DNA from: an uncultured Lachnospiraceae bacterium
GTDB taxonomy: Bacteria; Bacillota; Clostridia; Lachnospirales; Lachnospiraceae
DNA: 64,000 bases
Reading direction: 5' to 3'
NCBI GenBank assembly: GCA_910583965.1
Contig: CAJUAE010000009.1
Span: 911 to 64,910, forward strand
Made by a program: the position numbers and the translations under genes. The notes beneath the pieces were generated by a model. That model was not told the origin of the DNA. It ran no database searches and saw nothing but the letters and a program-made list of their open reading frames with translations. Numbering within the stretch: position 1 is the stretch's first letter; every line of letters begins with the position of its first letter. Shown here in pieces: positions 63,135-64,000 of the stretch.

Positions 63135-64000
63135 TCACCTCCAATTCCGCGCCATTTTTCTTTAGATAAAACATATAGGCATCTTCAATATTTGGCGCAC
63201 AAGCTTCTGCATCAGTCGTAGCGTTTTCTGCCAAAAAACGGATAGATATTTCTTTGCCCTGCGGGTGCATACTTGTAATAAATAATTCCTTTTTTAGAGT
63301 CGGCAGTTCTGTTTTGTTTGTAATTTTTGTAAATACCTTTCCTTCGGCTGCTGTTAGTAAGTTATCAACAGTGCCTTGATACAAAACTTTTCCGCTTTCC
63401 AAAATGGCAATATTTTCACAGGTCGCTTCAATATCCCCGACGATATGTGTCGATAGAATAACAATGCGTTCCTCTGCAACTTCTGACAACAAATTGCGGA
63501 AACGGATTCGTTCTTCTGGGTCAAGCCCAGCAGTTGGTTCGTCAACAATCAGAACTTTAGGATTGTTCAATAATGCCTGCGCAATGCCAAGTCTGCGTTT
63601 CATACCACCTGACAATGCCTTGATTTTTTTCTTCCTGTGCTCTGTCAAATTGACTTTTTGTAAAAGTAATTCTGTGCGCTCTTTCCGTTCCTGTTTCTCT
63701 AAGCCAGATAAAAGCGCAAGGTAATCCATTGCTTCCATAACATTCATAGAGGGGTACATAGAAAAATCCTGCGGCAGATATCCAATAATTTTGCGGATTT
63801 CTTTTTCATTTTCGATAGGGATTTTGCAGATAGTGATTGTACCGCTTCGTTTTTGAAGAAGCGCGGCAAGCGTGCGCATCAGCGTTGTTTTTCCAGCGCC
63901 ATTTCTGCCCAACAGACCAAACATTCCCTGCCTAATTGTCAGGTTGACATCGCATAGGGCCTGTTTTCTGCCATAGAATTTATTTAGATTTTGAATCTCA
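63112..64000 (-). CDS. ABC transporter ATP-binding protein (ABC-2/DrrA-like), 5' end off-window
   Basis: Walker A GLLGRNGAGKTT, signature LSGGMKRRLGIAQAL, Walker B LIVDEPTAGLD. The frame stays open to position 64000 (…EIQNLNKFYGRKQALCDVNLTIRQGMFG). Confidence 0.9.
   Translation of the reverse strand, partial: EIQNLNKFYGRKQALCDVNLTIRQGMFGLLGRNGAGKTTLMRTLAALLQKRSGTITICKIPIENEKEIRKIIGYLPQDFSMYPSMNVMEAMDYLALLSGLEKQERKERTELLLQKVNLTEHRKKKIKALSGGMKRRLGIAQALLNNPKVLIVDEPTAGLDPEERIRFRNLLSEVAEERIVILSTHIVGDIEATCENIAILESGKVLYQGTVDNLLTAAEGKVFTKITNKTELPTLKKELFITSMHPQGKEISIRFLAENATTDAEACAPNIEDAYMFYLKKNGAELEVNGNAVLE

Overview
AT-rich Firmicutes/Clostridia-type chromosomal segment; the gene content looks Lachnospiraceae-like. 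All calls come from reading the sequence and recognising motifs by eye, with no database search.

Gene content, left to right:
- The promoter-distal end of a CRISPR array with a 30-bp repeat (17 identical repeats plus one degenerate terminal repeat). No cas gene is present in the remaining ~63 kb.
- A MocR-type regulator and a heterodimeric ABC exporter.
- An isolated MraY paralogue, then trmB.
- A 10-gene Mrp/Mbh-ordered cation:proton antiporter cluster with four antiporter-like subunits and no redox module.
- A PadR regulator plus a SEDS-like fusion protein.
- An SGNH hydrolase behind a long leader.
- A flavodoxin-like reductase, a VWA(DUF2201-like) protein, a MoxR-type AAA+ ATPase and a BspA-type LRR protein.
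- A membrane-anchored trigger-factor-like PPIase.
- tadA, a GT2 glycosyltransferase, a DEDDh exonuclease, VanW, Lrp plus an aminotransferase, and trmL.
- A transglutaminase-like protein and a tandem hemerythrin.
- A FtsX/MacB-type ABC transporter with an OmpR/HK pair.
- A CUT2 sugar ABC importer with a YesM/YesN/binding-protein three-component sensor.
- An AraR-like regulator and an ABC-2 exporter that runs off the right edge.

The most unusual content is non-coding. There are several families of miniature structured repeats:
- A ~135-bp three-hairpin element. Its two copies differ by compensatory stem changes, and each is flanked by a short direct repeat.
- An ~87-bp two-hairpin element, always inserted at TGCACA inside a conserved post-terminator box. 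Three filled and three empty sites are visible.
- A 209-bp MITE with ~20-bp terminal inverted repeats, nested inside another inverted repeat.
- A 64-bp tandem/dispersed double-hairpin module.

Other non-coding observations: a 42-bp inverted duplication of the ABC exporter 3' end brackets the MraY-like gene; overlapping CRISPR spacers rebuild contiguous protospacers; and a DnaA-box cluster sits upstream of a small ORF.
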